This document shows positions 1-13,856 of a stretch of DNA of 64,000 nt, piece by piece. The notes beneath the pieces were generated by a model, which was not told where the DNA came from, did not search any database, and saw nothing but the letters and a program-made list of their open reading frames with translations. How positions within the stretch are numbered: position 1 is the first letter of the stretch; each line of letters begins with the position of its first letter. Location: the NCBI GenBank assembly GCA_964016885.1, contig OZ024742.1, forward strand, positions 271,746,001 through 271,810,000, given 5' to 3'. The position numbers and the translations under genes are program-made. Source of the DNA: Eledone cirrhosa. Its lineage: Eukaryota.

Positions 1-53
<53 letters not shown>

Positions 54-233
54 TACACACATATATACATATATATATATACACATATATATATATGTAT
101 ACACACACACACACACACGCATATATATATATATATATACACAACATATATATATATATACATACACACACAGACACGTACATATACACATAAATAAATA
201 TATACGTATATATATACACAAAATCATATATAT

Positions 234-299
<66 letters not shown>
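1..299. repeat. (TA)n/(CA)n microsatellite; representative of dozens of similar tracts across the window
   Basis: Direct sequence; such tracts generate the YIYI/THTH/CVCV pseudo-ORFs. Confidence 0.99.
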
Positions 300-301
<2 letters not shown>

Positions 302-479
302 AAGGCGGGTAAAATTCCCAAGATCCATGGACGAGTTCTCTGCAGCGGTCTCTGTCCCTCATTATCGCTGCCATGTCCAGTGTAATTAGGGGCTCTAACC
401 CTAGTGCTGTTAGATCAACTCTCCATATTTCTTTTCAATGGCTGACAAGACTTTACTGGCGCCACTCGCATAAGGTAGT

Positions 480-2709
<2,230 letters not shown>

Positions 2710-2823
2710 GCACACGCATACATATACACACACATACACATATGTAAAACATATACACACATATACACATAATCATATATATATATATACACACATACAC
2801 ATATATATACACATATACATACA

Positions 2824-2890
<67 letters not shown>

Positions 2891-3452
2891 GGGGTAACAA
2901 ATTATTGTTATAGGTAGTCCACTTAAGTGTAGTCCAGTTATGGTACTCCGGGTAGTGGATGATATCATCGCTTGACTACGTTTGACTCAACACGGCGTTT
3001 CCATAGTGATGTTGTGAGTACGCTGTAATTCCTATGTTTTAAACACTTGGAGTAATGATAAATCAGGAAAGAAGAGTGACACGGTTTGCTCTACAATTTT
3101 ATACATCTGCCTCATGTCAGCTAATTTTACACAGTAAAATTGTAGATATACTATACTTCCCACCTAGATTGATGTTGTGATTATTTAAAATAATTTATTG
3201 CTAGTATTGTTAGTATTGATGTTATTGTTCTGATTGAATGCCATTACTACTATATATAGTAGCCATGACTCTATATTCCTTTCATTCTCACAAGCTCCCA
3301 TGAATTGACTGGTTATAACTTTGTAATGGTGATCGAATAACGTGAAAACAAGCGGGTAACGATCTCTAGACCTACCAGTTCAGAGAAACAATTGTCAGCA
3401 ATGAGATTAAAAACCTTTTTTCTATAGCAAACCGTGTCACTCTTCTTTCCTG

Positions 3453-3457
<5 letters not shown>
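2891..3457. mobile_element. Rearranged PLE pseudo-LTR fragment, family B-like, with short inverted repeat and hammerhead 3' half
   Basis: Similar to 61618-61815; 3059-3093 inverted at 3423-3457; GAAACAATTGTC at ~3384-3395. Confidence 0.6.
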
Positions 3458-3495
<38 letters not shown>

Positions 3496-3528
3496 TATAT
3501 ACACATATATACACGTATATACACACTC

Positions 3529-3621
<93 letters not shown>

Positions 3622-3622
3622 T

Positions 3623-3667
<45 letters not shown>

Positions 3668-3870
3668 TATGTACACGTACATACATATATGTATACCGAC
3701 GTACAGTAGTATGTATATATATATATACATACATGCACACATATATATTTGCACGTAAGGATTCACCGAACATTTATTATAATGCTCGGTGTGTTTGTAA
3801 ACAAACATCCCGTATTAAGCCGTAGTGTCTAGCAACCACCGTTGCTCGTTTGTTCAACACTGACAAAGGA

Positions 3871-3913
3871 ACGCTGTACTAGTTTCAAGCTTGTTAGCTA
3901 TCGTCAGCAACGT
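3871..3913 (-). ncRNA. Minimal type I hammerhead ribozyme, family C
   Basis: acgttg-CTGACGA-t agct aaca agct t-GAAAC TA GTA-cagcgt. Confidence 0.85.
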
Positions 3914-4292
3914 ATACCTTCCTGCCAGATTGTTGAACGTATATACTTACCTTATGCATATTAACGGCTGAGTAGCCCAATATGCATATCGAGTGGGTTA
4001 ATCGGCCGGGTGCACCGAAAACGATAAACGGAAAAAATGAAACGATATTTCATTTCCCACTCTTAGTACGGCTGTTACTTAAATATAAGTATGTACACGT
4101 ACATACATATATGTATACCGACGTACAGTAGTATGTATATATATATATACATACATGCACACATATATATATGCACGTATGGATTCACCGAACATTTATT
4201 ATAATGCTCGGTGTGTTTGTAAACAAACATCCCGTATTAAGCCGTAGTGTCTAGCAACCACCGTTGCTCGTTTGTTCAACACTGACAAAGGA

Positions 4293-4335
4293 ACGCTGTA
4301 CTAGTTTCAAGCTTGTTAGCTATCGTCAGCAATGT
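4293..4335 (-). ncRNA. Minimal type I hammerhead ribozyme, family C
   Basis: Tandem copy 422 nt from 3871-3913. Confidence 0.8.
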
Positions 4336-4582
4336 ACAGTAGTATGTATATATATATATACATACTACTGTACGTCGGTATACATATATGTATGTACGTG
4401 TACATACTTATATTTAAGTAACAGCCGTACTAAGAGTGGGAAATGAAATATCGTTTCATTTTTTCCGTTTATCGTTTTCGGTGCACCCGGCCGATTAACC
4501 CACTCGATATGCATATTGGGCTACTCAGCCGTTAATATGCATAAGGTAAGTATATACGTTCAACAATCTGGCAGGAAGGTAT

Positions 4583-4625
4583 ACGTTGCTGACGATAGCT
4601 AACAAGCTTGAAACTAGTACAGCGT
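4583..4625 (+). ncRNA. Minimal type I hammerhead ribozyme, family C
   Basis: acgttgCTGACGAtagctaacaagcttGAAACtaGTAcagcgt. Confidence 0.85.
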
Positions 4626-4888
4626 TCCTTTGTCAGTGTTGAACAAACGATCAACGGTGGTTGCTAGACACTACGGCTTAATACGGGATGTTTGTTTACA
4701 AACACACCGAGCATTATAATAAATGTTCGGTGAATCCATACGTGCATATATATATGTGTGCATGTATGTATATATATATATACATACTACTGTACGTCGG
4801 TATACATATATGTATGTACGTGTACATACTTATATTTAAGTAACAGCCGTACTAAGAGTGGGAAATGAAATATCGTTTCATTTTTTCC

Positions 4889-4923
<35 letters not shown>

Positions 4924-4962
4924 CACATACATACACACATACATACATATATATATAGATAT

Positions 4963-4999
<37 letters not shown>

Positions 5000-5104
5000 C
5001 ACACAAATATATACACACTCATATATACATATATACACAAACGCACACACAAACATATACATACATACAAACATACATATACAAATAAATATACATATTT
5101 ACAT

Positions 5105-5208
<104 letters not shown>

Positions 5209-5309
5209 GTATTGAAATTTCCGTTGAAAACAGAAAAGGTCATACAAGTGAAGAGTGTTCTATGTAAGTATCAGAGCAAAATTTAATGTATAAAAATCAA
5301 TACAATATA

Positions 5310-5387
5310 ATTACCTCATTACCAGAGGTTTCCCGAATGAGGCGAATACGAAAGAAACGTCTTCATTCGTTCGTCAGACGAGGCAAT
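5310..5387 (-). ncRNA. Type I hammerhead ribozyme, family A
   Basis: CTGACGA...GAAAcc tct gGTA with stem I attgcctcgt/atgaggtaat. Confidence 0.85.
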
Positions 5388-6070
5388 ATAAAACATGGGT
5401 AAATACTTGGAAAGTCTCATCAAGAAAAGCAAAAGAACAAGAAAGATATAGACAAATGAATTAGAATATGAAATATATAATAATCTTTCAAGAAATATAG
5501 TTAGGTGTGTGTATATGTATGTATATACGCTCACAGATGTGCATATATGTGTATGCACATATGTATACGTATAGTGAAAAAGTGTGCGTAAATATATAAT
5601 TTAGGGCAAATGTATCTGTATGTCTGTAATCTACAGACAGAATAGACACATCATAAGAATATGAAGGCACGCGCATAAACACACCTACACACACGTACAC
5701 TTAGATGCGGAGGTAAAAGAGGTAATCGAGTGTAATAATTAAAAGAAAGTATCAATCTCTATATAATTATAAAAATGGAACAATAATTTAGAAATAAGAA
5801 AATTAAAGAAAAGAAGACAAACATACATACACACACACGTATATCTCACAAAAGAAACGCAAAAATATACATGCTTATATACACACGCACACTTACACAT
5901 CCATACGTTCGATACGTACAAACACACACATACTTACACTCACGCATATTGACCTGTTTGCATGCACACGCATAAAAATGAGTAAGTAAAAAAAGGGGGG
6001 AGAAGAAAAAAGGAACAAAACATAAAACCTAGATGTAAAAAACACGGATATAAAGACAGATACACATACG

Positions 6071-6107
<37 letters not shown>

Positions 6108-6569
6108 ATATATATATACACGCACTCGAGCGCACATACGTAGTCGCTCCTGTACATATATAGAAAGTATACACACATTAAGACGTTCAGCCACATTGAT
6201 ACAGGGTGTAAAAAACTTTTGGATGAGTAAGTACAAATATAAAATTATAAAATTGTAAGATTGGCTGCGCAAACATAACAAATAAAAATAAACATAAAAA
6301 ATATATCTGGAGTGGAAAACGCAAATGACAATTCTAATCAGTTAGTGAAGGAAATAGGGAAGTAAAAAACGGAAAGTGAAGATATTAGGTAAGTGAATCG
6401 GAGAATGAGGGGGGGGGGGTTATTGTTGGTGGTGAAGTAAAAATAAAAAATAAAAAAATAATAATATATAAATAAAAATAAAAATAAAAATAAAAATAAA
6501 TGAAATTAGTGATAATGATAAAAATGAAAGTAAATCAGAAAGGGTAATTATGAAGAGAATAATAAGAGC

Positions 6570-8466
6570 TTATGGAGGATAAGTATCTGAAAGTGTGTTA
6601 AGTTTATATGAGCTGGAAAGCAGGTGTGATTTCATGTGTGGGCAACTGGTGAAAATTTCCGTCTTTGTATTCAGGCAGGTCTTTGGTGATTTTAGATTTT
6701 GCAATATCCAATATTTTTCGTTTATGCAGAGCGTGCATTTTCTTGTTCCTCTAGCATATTCTTTAGATTGGTTCAAAATTGACCAATCTAATTTATATTG
6801 GATGCCTTTTGTCTTTCAAATCCCAAATACTGCTAGCCAGAGCTGTTGTAAATCTTTTTTCTGGATTTCGAAAGGATGTGACATGTGAGTAATAACGCGT
6901 TTTGAATTCAAACCCACATATCCTTCACTGGTGGCTGGATGGTTGTTGCTGATGGTTGTCACTTTATCCGCATATACAATGGCTTTGGTGTTGCATTTAC
7001 CTCGTAATGGGCATTCACTTTTGATTCTACAGGAGCAAGTTTGATTTTCTCTAGGTGATATTTTGTTGATGATATAGGACTTAATAGGGGGACCGCACGA
7101 ATAGCTAATTTTGACACAGTTTCTGTTAATGATCTTATAGTATCTATGTGTTCTAGGGAAATGTTTATCTAGGAGCTCTAGGAATGTTTTGCCTACATTA
7201 GTTTTAACTGCTAGAGAGTAGGGGGTGTGAACCAGATTATTTTTCTTTTCCTGTTTTTATGTTTAATAGAGTTAGTATAGTTGGGTATGTATTTAATCGG
7301 TTCGCTAAAACCGCCTTATTAAAAATAGCTTCTGAGGAAGAGAGGGTGGAGATCCTACGGCTAATATTAGGGATAAGGTTTTTAAAAAACTATAGGTGGA
7401 TGGCAAGAGCCTTTATTTATATATTTTAAGTTTTCATTAGGTTTATGGTATGGTTTATAAGAAGCAGTATGCAAATCTAGGTTTATCTCTAGGAAATCTA
7501 CATTGGAAAGGTTAGTGTCAATAGTAATTTTAAGATTAAAACTAGTGAAGGTTTTTATTAAGTCTTTCCTTAATCTATCTAAGTTATGGCCTATGGTGGT
7601 ATGGGAAAGTATTAGACCATCGTCGCGATAAAGCCCACAAATATGGTTAGGACATTTTTTTAAAGTGTATGTAGGAGGAATAGGCCGACCAAATCACAAA
7701 CATCAGCACTGTCGTAAGAGCCCATTGAGACATCGAATGGGTTCTCTGGGTTATTTTTACCCAAGTGTCATTATCATTAAAAAGTAGAGTGTTTCTAGCG
7801 TGCAAGATGACATTCTCTTCAACATCGGAGATATTAGTAAACCCTCTAGCGAAATTTAAAGCTTTCGCTAAAATGGTCTGAGTGATAGATGGGTAGAAAT
7901 CTACAATGTCAAATTACGTGAATCTATTTTGTTTTTAATATTATTAAACCAATGTACTACGGAAGAGCTATTTATCCATTGGAGTAATTTAGACTTACTT
8001 CTAATGTGTGTATTTATATTATTTAAAATTTATTCGCTGGCAAGACCAATATCAGTCTTAGCAGGGTTGATTAATCTACAACTAGGACGATTAATAAAGT
8101 CGGGTTTATGAACTTTAAGGGTGATGTACGCATTACGTTTAGCAAGTTTTTCTGCCCTATTATCTATTTTTAAAGAAAACGCTAATTCTTTAGCTTCCTT
8201 ATTTATATTATGGTACGTATTTATGTTAGCTATTTGGTATTTAGAGGTGATATTATCTATTAATAGTTGATCGTGTAAATTATTATTAACTTCATATAGG
8301 TTTTTAGTTTTATCGGAAAAGATGAACTTATTAGTAGAAGATTTGGAAGTTGAAATATCATTAGATAGTTTAGATTGAAAAGGGTTAGAGTGCTTACGAA
8401 AATTGATATTGTTGATTAGGTTAACTAGGTCTAATTCAAAGCCGGTCATATCTTTTACTCTTTGCG

Positions 8467-8470
<4 letters not shown>
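6570..8470 (-). pseudogene. Frameshifted PLE reverse transcriptase plus C-terminal GIY-YIG-like endonuclease
   Basis: SDKTKNLY, HKPDF..CRLINPAKTDIG, MGSYDSADVCD, LYRDDGL (~7620), CSCR..CPL..C, CTLCINEK. Confidence 0.9.
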
Positions 8471-8504
<34 letters not shown>

Positions 8505-9203
8505 CGTATGTGTATGTGTCTTTATATCCGTGTTTTTTAAATCTATTTTATGTTTTGTTCCTTTTTTCTTCTCCCCCCTCTTTTACTTACTCACTTTTAT
8601 GCGTGTGCATGCAAACAGGTCAATATGCGTGAGTGTAAGTATGTGTGTGTGTGTGTGTGTGTGTACGTATCGAACGTATGGATGTGTAAGTGTGCGTGTG
8701 TATATAAGCATATATATTTTGGCGTTTCTTTTGTGAGATATACGTGTGTGTGTGTGTGTATGTTTGTCTTCTTTTCTTTAATTTTTTTATTTCTAAATTA
8801 TTGTTCCATTTTTATAAATATATCGAGATTGATACTTTCCTTTAATTATTACAATCCCTTACCTCTTTTACTTCCGCATCTAAGTGTACGTGTGTAGGTT
8901 TGTTTATGCGCGTGCCTTCATATTATTATGATGTATTTATTCTGTCTGTAGATTACAGACATACAGATACATTTGCCCTAAATTATATATTTACGCACAC
9001 TTTTTCACTATACGTATACATATGTGCATACACATATATGCACATCTGTGAGCGTATATACATACATATACACACACCTAACTATATTTCTTGAAAGATT
9101 ATTATATATTTCATATTCTAATTCATTTGTCTATATCTTTTTTGTTATTTTGTTTTTTTTTCTTTTCTTGATGAGACTTTCCAAGTATTTACCCATGTTT
9201 TAT

Positions 9204-9281
9204 ATTGCCTCGTCTGACGAACGAATGAAGACGTTTCTTTTGTATTCGCCTCATTCGGGAAACCTCTGGTAATGAGGTAAT
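9204..9281 (+). ncRNA. Type I hammerhead ribozyme, family A (inverted pLTR)
   Basis: attgcctcgt CTGACGA acgaatgaag...ctcattcgg GAAA cctctgGTA atgaggtaat. Confidence 0.85.
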
Positions 9282-9303
9282 TATATTGTATTGATTTTTA
9301 TAC

Positions 9304-9365
<62 letters not shown>

Positions 9366-9450
9366 TATACATACATATATATACATACACATATATACAT
9401 ATATACCCACACACATGTACATATACATACACACATCTACACACATACAT

Positions 9451-9514
<64 letters not shown>

Positions 9515-9550
9515 ACACATACACATATACACACACATATATATATATAA

Positions 9551-11720
9551 TGAAAAATTGAACGGGAACAAAACAGAGAGGCAGTACAAGAAATGTTTAT
9601 TAATTTCACGCTCTTGAGAGTGGGGTGGTGTTGGGGAACGATGATTCGGGCATCACCACTTCTTCAGGTGAAAAGTGTGTGGGAAGAGAGTTCAAAGGGT
9701 GTGTAGGGGAGTTGGGGAGAGACATATAGCAAAAAGGGGTGAGAGGAAACGGTGCAAATGAAATTAAAAATAAAGGCATGATCAAAATAAAATTAAAATG
9801 GGGTAAAACAGGTGGTGGAAGGGTGTGGGGCGTGTAGGGTAGTGGCGGGTGGAGTGGAGAGAGGGAGACGGAGTGTCTGAGCGGGGAGGGCTGAAGGTGA
9901 TGTGTGTGTGTGTAGGTGTACGTGTGTGTGTGCGTGTGTGTATGTGAAAGCAAGGAAGAGGTGTGTGTGGGGTTGGGTGTAGGTCGCAGTGTGTGTGCGT
10001 GTGTGGATAGAGGGGTGGGGGAGAGGAATCCGGAGGCTTAATGTGTAAATATGTGGTGGTACGCACGTATGCGTGTGGTGTTTAAGCGTGTTGTGGGTGT
10101 AGGTAGCGTGTGGGAAAAAAATTATTTTGGGGTGTGTGTGGGTGAGTCATAAAGGTGATTCCGTAAGAAGATGTGGTGGGATGCTTGGTAAAATCCTTGG
10201 ATGTGGTTGATTCCGGAATCAATGTTCACATACGTGTAATCCGTGAAGAGATTGGTCGGAAGAGGGGAGATGTGGGGTGCGCGGTTAACAGGGAGTGGTC
10301 GAGGCAGGAGGAGTGTGGTATGTCTGTGGTCAGAGGGCATAGCAGCAGCAGGGTAGAATGGTAAGGGGGAGAGGATGGGTAGGTGTGAAAGTTGGAGTGA
10401 GGAGGGGGTGTGTGTGTATTAGTAGAGGTGTTAGTGGGATGAGTGAGTGTTTGTGAAAGGGTGTGGGTGGAGCGGGGAGAGAAGGGCGTGGAGGTCGATG
10501 GAGGGAGTGTGGTGTACTGGTGTGTGTGTTTGGTGAAGGGGGTGTTAGTGGGTGTGTAGAGTGGGTGGTGTAAGAGGGTGTGTGTGTACGTGTGCGTAGG
10601 GTTGGGGGGTCTTAGTGATGTTAGTTGCGTGTAGGGTGGGTGGTGTAAGTGGGTGTGTGTGTTCGTGTGCTTGGGGTTAGTGATGTTAGTTGCGGGGTGG
10701 TGGGGTGGATGTGTGGGGGTGAGGGTTAGTGCTGGTAGTAGGGTGTGTGTTTAGTGTGAGCGCGTGTATATATGTGCCGGTGGGTGTGTGTGTGTGATAA
10801 GGAGGGGGGAGAAGAAGAAGGGAGGGATGTTAGTATGTTAGTTGGGGAAGGGTGGTCGGATGTGGGGTGGAGTGGAAGTGTTAGTATTGTTAGTTGTGGG
10901 GTGGGCGGTGAAAAGGAGGGGTTTGTTAGTGGTGTTAGTGGGGGATATGTGTGGGTGGAGGGGGGCGGTCGAAGGCTAAAGGAATAAGGGTGGGGAGTTC
11001 AGGCCGGGGGGGAGTGTGGGTCTGTAAGATGAAGATGGTTCGTTGTTCAACTCTTAGGAGATTGGCGGGTGTTCCGTGGCATTGGAGTAGGCCACAGACT
11101 GTGAGATGGCGTGCGGAATGTCCAGGGGCACTAAAGTGGCGGGCGATGGGGGAACTACCACCGTGACGAATATCCCGGAGGTGCTCCGTAAATCTGTCCG
11201 CCAGGCGACGCCCAGTCTGTCCGACATAAGTCGCGCTGCACTCCGTGCAGCGAAGTCCGTTGACTATGTTGGAGGAGGTGCAGCGGAAGGCATGCCGGAC
11301 AGAGGGAGAGTGGCCGTTGGGACGCTGGAAGGTGGTGGTGTTGGTGATGTGGGGACAGGTGTTGCAGCGGGGCCTAGAACAGGGAAAGAAACCGGGGCGG
11401 GGAGCGTGGGTTGGGGGGTACGAAGATATTGACGAGGAGGGTGCGGAGATTGCGTAGCGTTTGAAGGAAGGGAGTGGTGGGGCTGGGAAGATGTGGGAGG
11501 TGGAGGGGTCGGACTGGAGACGTCGGAAGAGGCGGAGGATGGTGCGGTGGAGGGGTATGGTGGAGGGGTCGTAGGTGATGGGGAAGGGGAGACGCTGGGT
11601 GGGTGTGCGGTGGCGTGGGGTGAGGGTGGTGTAGCGGTGGACAGAACGGGCGCGGGTGAGAGCTGTGTGGACGAGAGAGGGGGTAACCTCTGCTGATGAA
11701 ATGGCTGACTAGGGAAAGGG
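9551..11720 (-). mobile_element. 5'-truncated Neptune-like PLE (RT thumb end, Zn-finger linker, GIY-YIG endonuclease, long CA-rich 3' region)
   Basis: Minus strand ~10985-11710 reads HFISRGYP..., CSRPRCNTC, FRCTSSNIV..LRCTECSATYVGQTGRRLADRFTEH, EQRTIFILQTHTPPGLN. Confidence 0.85.
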
Positions 11721-11804
11721 ATACATACAACTATGTACATACATACACACATATATATACACATATATACATATACACACATATACACACATATATGTAT
11801 ACAC

Positions 11805-11879
<75 letters not shown>

Positions 11880-11888
11880 TATTGAAAT

Positions 11889-12290
11889 CAAATGCCTGAC
11901 AAATGATATCGTATACAAATGTGATGTCATCTCAGGCACCGATAATTGCAACAACAAAAAGACTTACATCGGCATGACTTCCAATAATTTTAAGACCCAT
12001 TGGTTTGCCCATACCCACTCCTTCAGAACACCGGACAAATCAAACCAGACAACACTCGCCTCCTATGTTTGGGACCTCAAAAGGAACTCCACCGCCTTCA
12101 CGCTTAAATGAAAAATACTCCAGTAAGCGCGCTCTTACAACGGAGGACACAAGGGATGCGACCTTTGTATCTCAGAGAGCTACCGAATTTTATTCGCGAA
12201 GGGAAAGCTACAGAACAAACTCTCTTGACACTGCCCGGACTACATGCACAAAAACTTTGCAACTTTCAAATACCTTTAGCCAGTGTTAAT
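11889..12290 (+). pseudogene. Hydra-like PLE endonuclease fragment
   Basis: [13 protein letters not shown]...[12 protein letters not shown]...HSF...[11 protein letters not shown]...CDLCISE with in-frame stops; frame not in the ORF track. Confidence 0.8.
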
Positions 12291-12595
12291 GCCTGATGGC
12301 TAAAAACGACTTCCCATCCTCAACCTGACATACGGCCACTATGGTTATGAAAGTACCTCTTACCTGTCTGCATTTTCTGTTTATAGAGCTGCTTTTAGGT
12401 GCCTGTGTATATGTGTATATTTATGAGTACTTATGTATATGTATTTGTATGAGTGGCCGTACGTCTGTATGCATATCGCTGTGTGTAGGTGCGTTCACTT
12501 CACCTCTTTGTGTGTATATTTATACTTATTTGTACGTATATATGGTTTTGTGTATATGTGTGGGTATATATCTGTGTGTGTGTGTATATACATAC

Positions 12596-12729
<134 letters not shown>

Positions 12730-12826
12730 ATATATATATATATGTATATATGTATATGTGTATATATGTGTATATATATTTGTGAATACATGTGTGTGTA
12801 TATATATGTGCGTGTATATATGTATT

Positions 12827-12873
<47 letters not shown>

Positions 12874-13042
12874 TCAGATCAGAACAAACTTCACGGACGC
12901 TCTATCTCAAAATGCGCAACCGGTAAAACTCAAAACCAAAACTGAATACTGACCAATAATCTTACTAATTCTCACTTATTCCTAATTAAAGTATATTTCA
13001 CTGTGAAGAATTTGTCAGCATTTTCTATTCCGTTTACCGATA

Positions 13043-13116
<74 letters not shown>

Positions 13117-13133
13117 TATATATATATATGTGG

Positions 13134-13171
<38 letters not shown>

Positions 13172-13252
13172 GTTATTCCGGGTTGAATAGGAGGTAACCA
13201 CAGTAAGTAAGGTACTCAATACATAGCAGAGTATAACAGTTTTAATATAGAT

Positions 13253-13305
13253 GAGATTCTACAGGACTAGAACTGTTTCATTCATTAGAAATCATCAGGA
13301 ATCTC
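13253..13305 (-). ncRNA. Type I hammerhead ribozyme, family E
   Basis: gagattc-CTGATGA-tttctaatgaat-GAAACag ttctagtc ctGTA-gaatctc. Confidence 0.8.
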
Positions 13306-13359
13306 AGGATTCCTGATGATTTCTAATGATTTCATGTTGTACTTCATGATCCTAATGAT

Positions 13360-13814
13360 TTCATGTTGTACTTTAACCTATATCTTTGATTTTTGATTGT
13401 ACCTATTAATATAAATGTAATCTCGAAGTGTGTACTGCCACTCTAAATTTTGTAATGAATGTTGACCCACAATGTTTGAATATGTATCAATGTTTGAATA
13501 TGTATTGGTATGTCTCTCGGCTGAAAAGGAGGTCATATAACTGTCCATGCATTAATAAATTGCTCCGAAGAATCCAAACCTCGGTTTGGAGGAAACAGCT
13601 GTAAGCACAATAATGTTTTGAACAGTTCTTTGATTCTTATATTTCATATAACTGCTCTGTAAATCATCTGATGTTTTTACATTGAGCTACTTAACTTACT
13701 GGTAATAAGGTAGTAATACATTACTGCCTACCACTATTTAGGGTGTGTGTAAAATACTTACAACTGCTTAAGATTTTGTGTTTACATAACCATAAATAGT
13801 ATAACTAATACTAT
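13360..13814 (+). repeat. 5' pseudo-LTR of family F
   Basis: Direct repeat of 17560-18014. Confidence 0.95.
13561..13607 (+). ncRNA. Type I hammerhead ribozyme with CCGAAGA core
   Basis: tgct-CCGAAGA-a tccaaacc tc ggtttgga g-GAAAC AGCT GTA-agca; palindromic stem III. Confidence 0.8.
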
Positions 13815-13856
13815 TAACTGCTCCATATCGTTGAGCTGACATATAATATTGCCAAT

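Larger units (their letters stand above)
3665..4892. mobile_element. Non-coding 422-bp tandem plus inverted repeat carrying hammerheads (retrozyme-like, family C)
   Basis: About 1.6 direct units (3665-4335, period 422) followed by about 1.3 inverted units (to 4892); near-identical copies; no ORF. Confidence 0.85.

Noticed and set aside
9602-9675. CTGAAGA with ttcac/gtgaa on the minus strand in the Neptune-like 3' end
   Set aside because: No GAAA or stem III in register; at best a decayed hammerhead
11106-11812. GC-rich ORFs of 108-182 aa
   Set aside because: Shadow or off-frame readings of the Neptune-like endonuclease
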